Origin: Blastocladiella emersonii ATCC 22665
Lineage: Eukaryota > Fungi > Blastocladiomycota
Length of the DNA: 64,000 nucleotides
Assembly (NCBI GenBank): GCA_025594325.1
Contig: JANHCV010000009.1
Coordinates: 310,001-374,000 of the forward strand
Reading direction: 5' to 3'
The position numbers were made by a program, and so were the translations under genes. Within the stretch, counting starts at the first letter, position 1. Every line of letters begins with the position of its first letter. Positions 60,851-64,000 of the stretch are shown here, piece after piece. The notes below the pieces were generated by a model that was not told the DNA's origin, ran no database searches, and saw only the letters and a list, made by a program, of their open reading frames with translations.

Positions 60851-63176
60851 TCACTGGCCGTAGTGAACCGCGACCATGGCCTCGGCATATTCGGGACTCG
60901 CGACAGTTTTGGGGGCAGCACGGCAAATCTGGTTGATGATCAGACACGCCGTGTCGCCCTTCCGCATCGCCACGACCACGGCCTGCGCGATCCATCGCGC
61001 GTCCTTGACGCCGTCAAGCGCGCCCACGGGGACGGCGCGCCAGAAGCTGAGCGGGAGCGGCATGGTCGCTCCCACCGCGTTGGGGAGCGTGTCGAGAAAA
61101 GCGCTGAAGTCGGCGCGAATCAAAGCCTCGACGAGATCGCGATACGGGTGGTACAAAGCATCGCAGGCGGAAGACACGAAGTGGCGGCGACCTCGTTTGA
61201 ATGGGCTCGCGGCGCGCGCACGTGCGCAAGGTCGTCAACTGAAGCGAGGAAACGCGCGAGCTCCTTGACGGCGACGATGGGAATACGCCGAATGCATTGC
61301 GGATCGATCGCCAAGAAATCACGGACGGCATTGAGCCACGCGCGCTGGTTTGTGATCTGGCATTCGCCGCAAGACTTGGTACGAGGCAGCGCCAGTGGGA
61401 AGCGGTGATGACCGGCGCGGTTAGCTGCCTGCGCCCAGATCATGGCGCCAAGAACCGAGTGGATGGTACCGCGCTGCTCAATCAGCTTGAGCGCGTCCTG
61501 GCGGTGAAACTCATCCTGCATCACGGCGGCGAAGACCCACACAAGCTCGGGGCAGGCTGAGCTCGAGAGCTGAAGGACAGTCGCGTGCGCGAGGAAAAAG
61601 AGAAAATGTACGCTCACCGTAAGCTCGCTTGAGAAGACGGATGCCATCGTTTTGCTCGAGTCGTGGTGAAGTCCTGCATTTTGGCTATTGGGGCCATGCT
61701 GTACGAGTGTGTCACGCAAATCCGAGGCCAAGTCATAGCTGAGATCCGGCGTGAGGTCACTGCCATGCTTCCAGAGAAACGCAAGTATTTCGCGAGGCCC
61801 TGGTTGACTCGAACATGGCTCAAGTGATGCTCGGAAGGCTACACATCGGAGAAAAAAAGTCAGTGATTTTTTCGCGCAAGGCAGACTGTCAACGTCAACG
61901 CACCGTGTCGCACAGCGCCCGAAAAGCGACTGCCCATAGGCTCCACGGATAGCGTTGCTACGGGACCTGCGAGCCCACCACCATTCGCGCCCAAGGCAAA
62001 AGTAAGCACGCGGCCCCAGTCCGAGTCGTTGAGCAGAGCATGTTTGTGAAGCAGGTTGAGGACGTCAGTGTTGATGGAGAGCGGGCGAGCGCTAGTCTTG
62101 GAGCCAAAGATGCTCTTCTCGACACCCGCGTCCAAAGAATTGGTTGACGGAAATTCGAGCGCTGCCAGTTGATAGAGAACTGCCGGTCTTTGGACCAGGT
62201 GCGTGACGAGTTGTACATTTTCGAAGAGCGGCGGAGCGGCCGTCCACGACTCGCGAAGGAGCCACTGGAACACAAGCGCAAAGTCCCGAGCCTGCTCAAG
62301 AGTCATGTCTGGCTCTGTTTCGAGGAAATTCAAGAGGCTGGCGGAGACCGCTTCGTTTTGGAAATGGCGAGCGAGCCAACGAGACGCAGGACCAAACGCG
62401 GGTACACTGTGCAGGGCAAGGAGAGTAGACAAGTCCCAAACGAAGACGGCGAGGATGCCCAGGAAGTCAAGCAAACGCACCGGATTGTCCGCATCGTCGG
62501 CCCAAGACACAAGGTGTTCATAAATCGAATCGTAAAAGGCGTGAGGTGTCAAAGCAAACCAAGTGACGGCCGGCAGCCGGATGGAGAATAGCCCAGGAAC
62601 TCGATGCTGCACATGTCGAAGCAGGCAGGCAAGCTTTGACGGTTCGAGACGCATGACTGCGAGAGTGATGAGCTGGCAGAGTGCCGCAACTGATTAGTCT
62701 TTGCATTGAAGCTTACAGTCATTAAGAATCGAGTGTTTGAGTCCCGCAGTCGAAGACGCTGGACTAGTATCAAAGGAGCGCAAGGCCAGCGATGCAAGTG
62801 GAAGAATGTGATCAAGAAGCACCGGAAAGAGCGATGTGACGACTGGATGACGAATGGCGTTGTGGGAACAACTATTGTGTAGTGCGGAAGCGTAGCAATA
62901 TTCGATGAGCGCACCGCTGTTGGACGGCAGAACTGTCTCCTTGCTGTCATAGTCCTTCCGCCAGTCTGCGGGCGGTCCGTGGGCAAGCAAGTGTCGGATC
63001 CATACGCCTTTGACGGGGGCGCTGTGTGAAAGGAAGTGAAGCTCGCGCGTCGCTGCGCAGATCGGCGATTGGGGCTGCGCGAGTTGGAGCGCAAAAGTCA
63101 ACAGCTCGACGGGCAGCATGGCCAAAGTAGGGCGCTCGTTCGGTTACAGCAAGTTTCTTTCATTAGCTTCGTTCAT
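60851..63176 (-). pseudogene. F-box-like family copy 7
   Basis: TAA at codon 11 (CAA in copy 1), an in-frame TAA at 62694-62696, an intron near 61850-61905 and a frameshift near 61180. Confidence 0.78.
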
Positions 63177-63369
63177 GATTGTTGCATTCGGGAGCGAGGA
63201 GCCTCGAAGCTGCGATCACGGCCAAGAGTTGATCGCTCGGGCGACACCACGCGAGTGGCGACACCACGCGAGTGGCGCATCGCGGCGGATTCTCTCATCT
63301 TGCACGGGTGCTCAAGCTGTGATCCATCAAACAAACGAGCTCTCTGCGGAACCGCACAACTCACAGCGA

Positions 63370-64000
63370 CTACTCCTCGACCGCGCGCTTCTGCGCCTCG
63401 CCGCCAGCGGCCACGTCGCGCAGCTGCTTGGCGCCGCGGCCGAGCTGAAGCTCGCCCTTGTCCGTCTCGGGCGGCTGCCACGCCTTCTTCTCGTCGGAAC
63501 CGACCTGCTGCCCGCCGCGGTGCATCGGGGCCGGGCCATGCGGGACCGCGCCGCGGCCAGCGCCAACCGTCGCGGTGCCGTGCGGGTCGGTCGCGTAGTG
63601 CGGGTGGCGCGCCTGCTTGCGGGCGGCGAGGATCTCGCGCAGGACGGCGTGAGCGCGACCCGCCGCGGCGGCGCACGCCTGGCAGTGCGCGTGCTCCGTG
63701 TGGCTGCCGCAGTGCGCGTGCACGCGCTCGGCCGACGACAGGACGAGCGCCAGGACGCCCGAGTAGTCGAGCGCGTCCGTGGCCAGGTGGTGCGCGCGGT
63801 CGCCGAGGTCCGACGGCGGCGCCATGGACTCGCCGGCCGGCGGCGGCGACGAGGTGACGGCGTGCTGGTGGATGCCAAGCGACTCGGAGCCCGCCGACAC
63901 GAGGAGCCACGCGGCCTGGTGCGCGAGGTCTATGCAGCACGGCGGACGAGTTAGCGTCGTGTGGGCAGCGATTGAGTGAGGGAGAGGGAGCGTACCGGCG
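63370..64000 (-). CDS. Csp3/DUF326-like protein, copy 2 (runs off the window end)
   Basis: The last exon translates identically to copy 1 except for one R/Q change. Confidence 0.7.
   Translation of the reverse strand, partial: AGTLPLPHSIAAHTTLTRPPCCIDLAHQAAWLLVSAGSESLGIHQHAVTSSPPPAGESMAPPSDLGDRAHHLATDALDYSGVLALVLSSAERVHAHCGSHTEHAHCQACAAAAGRAHAVLREILAARKQARHPHYATDPHGTATVGAGRGAVPHGPAPMHRGGQQVGSDEKKAWQPPETDKGELQLGRGAKQLRDVAAGGEAQKRAVEE

Noticed and set aside
1-64000. CRISPR arrays, tRNA or rRNA genes, prophage or giant-virus genes
   Set aside because: No regularly spaced repeat-spacer units, cloverleafs, rRNA-like tracts or viral hallmark motifs were seen by eye. tRNAscan-SE and Infernal were not run.

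Overview
GC-rich, intron-containing eukaryotic DNA. The short GT-AG introns with CTRAC-like branch points, a fungal DUF1752/Reg1-like gene, Tom20 and MMACHC suggest an early-diverging fungus, possibly Blastocladiomycota (inference). Two compact blocks of core genes (about 0-28 kb and 34-49.5 kb) alternate with two visibly lower-GC accessory islands (about 28.4-34 kb and 49.6-63.4 kb). Highlights: (1) A Fanzor1 (eukaryotic TnpB-like RNA-guided nuclease) at 6371-7750 (-) with all three RuvC catalytic residues, a zinc finger and a stem-loop-rich candidate omegaRNA downstream. It is joined head-to-head to a Ulp1/CE-clan protease gene, and both appear to lack their 5' ends. (2) Seven copies of an unrecognised F-box-like gene family of about 700 aa, of which only one looks intact; all share an upstream GCGCCA-CGCG motif. 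(3) A 5'-truncated chromovirus integrase-PPT-LTR fragment inserted in one copy with an atypical 11-bp target-site duplication. (4) An intron-containing, Cys-depleted homolog of bacterial Csp3/DUF326 copper-storage proteins, present as near-identical inverted copies about 36 kb apart. (5) A Tom20-SET fusion and a nuclear RF2-type (SPF) release factor. All identifications come from manual motif reading; no searches were run.
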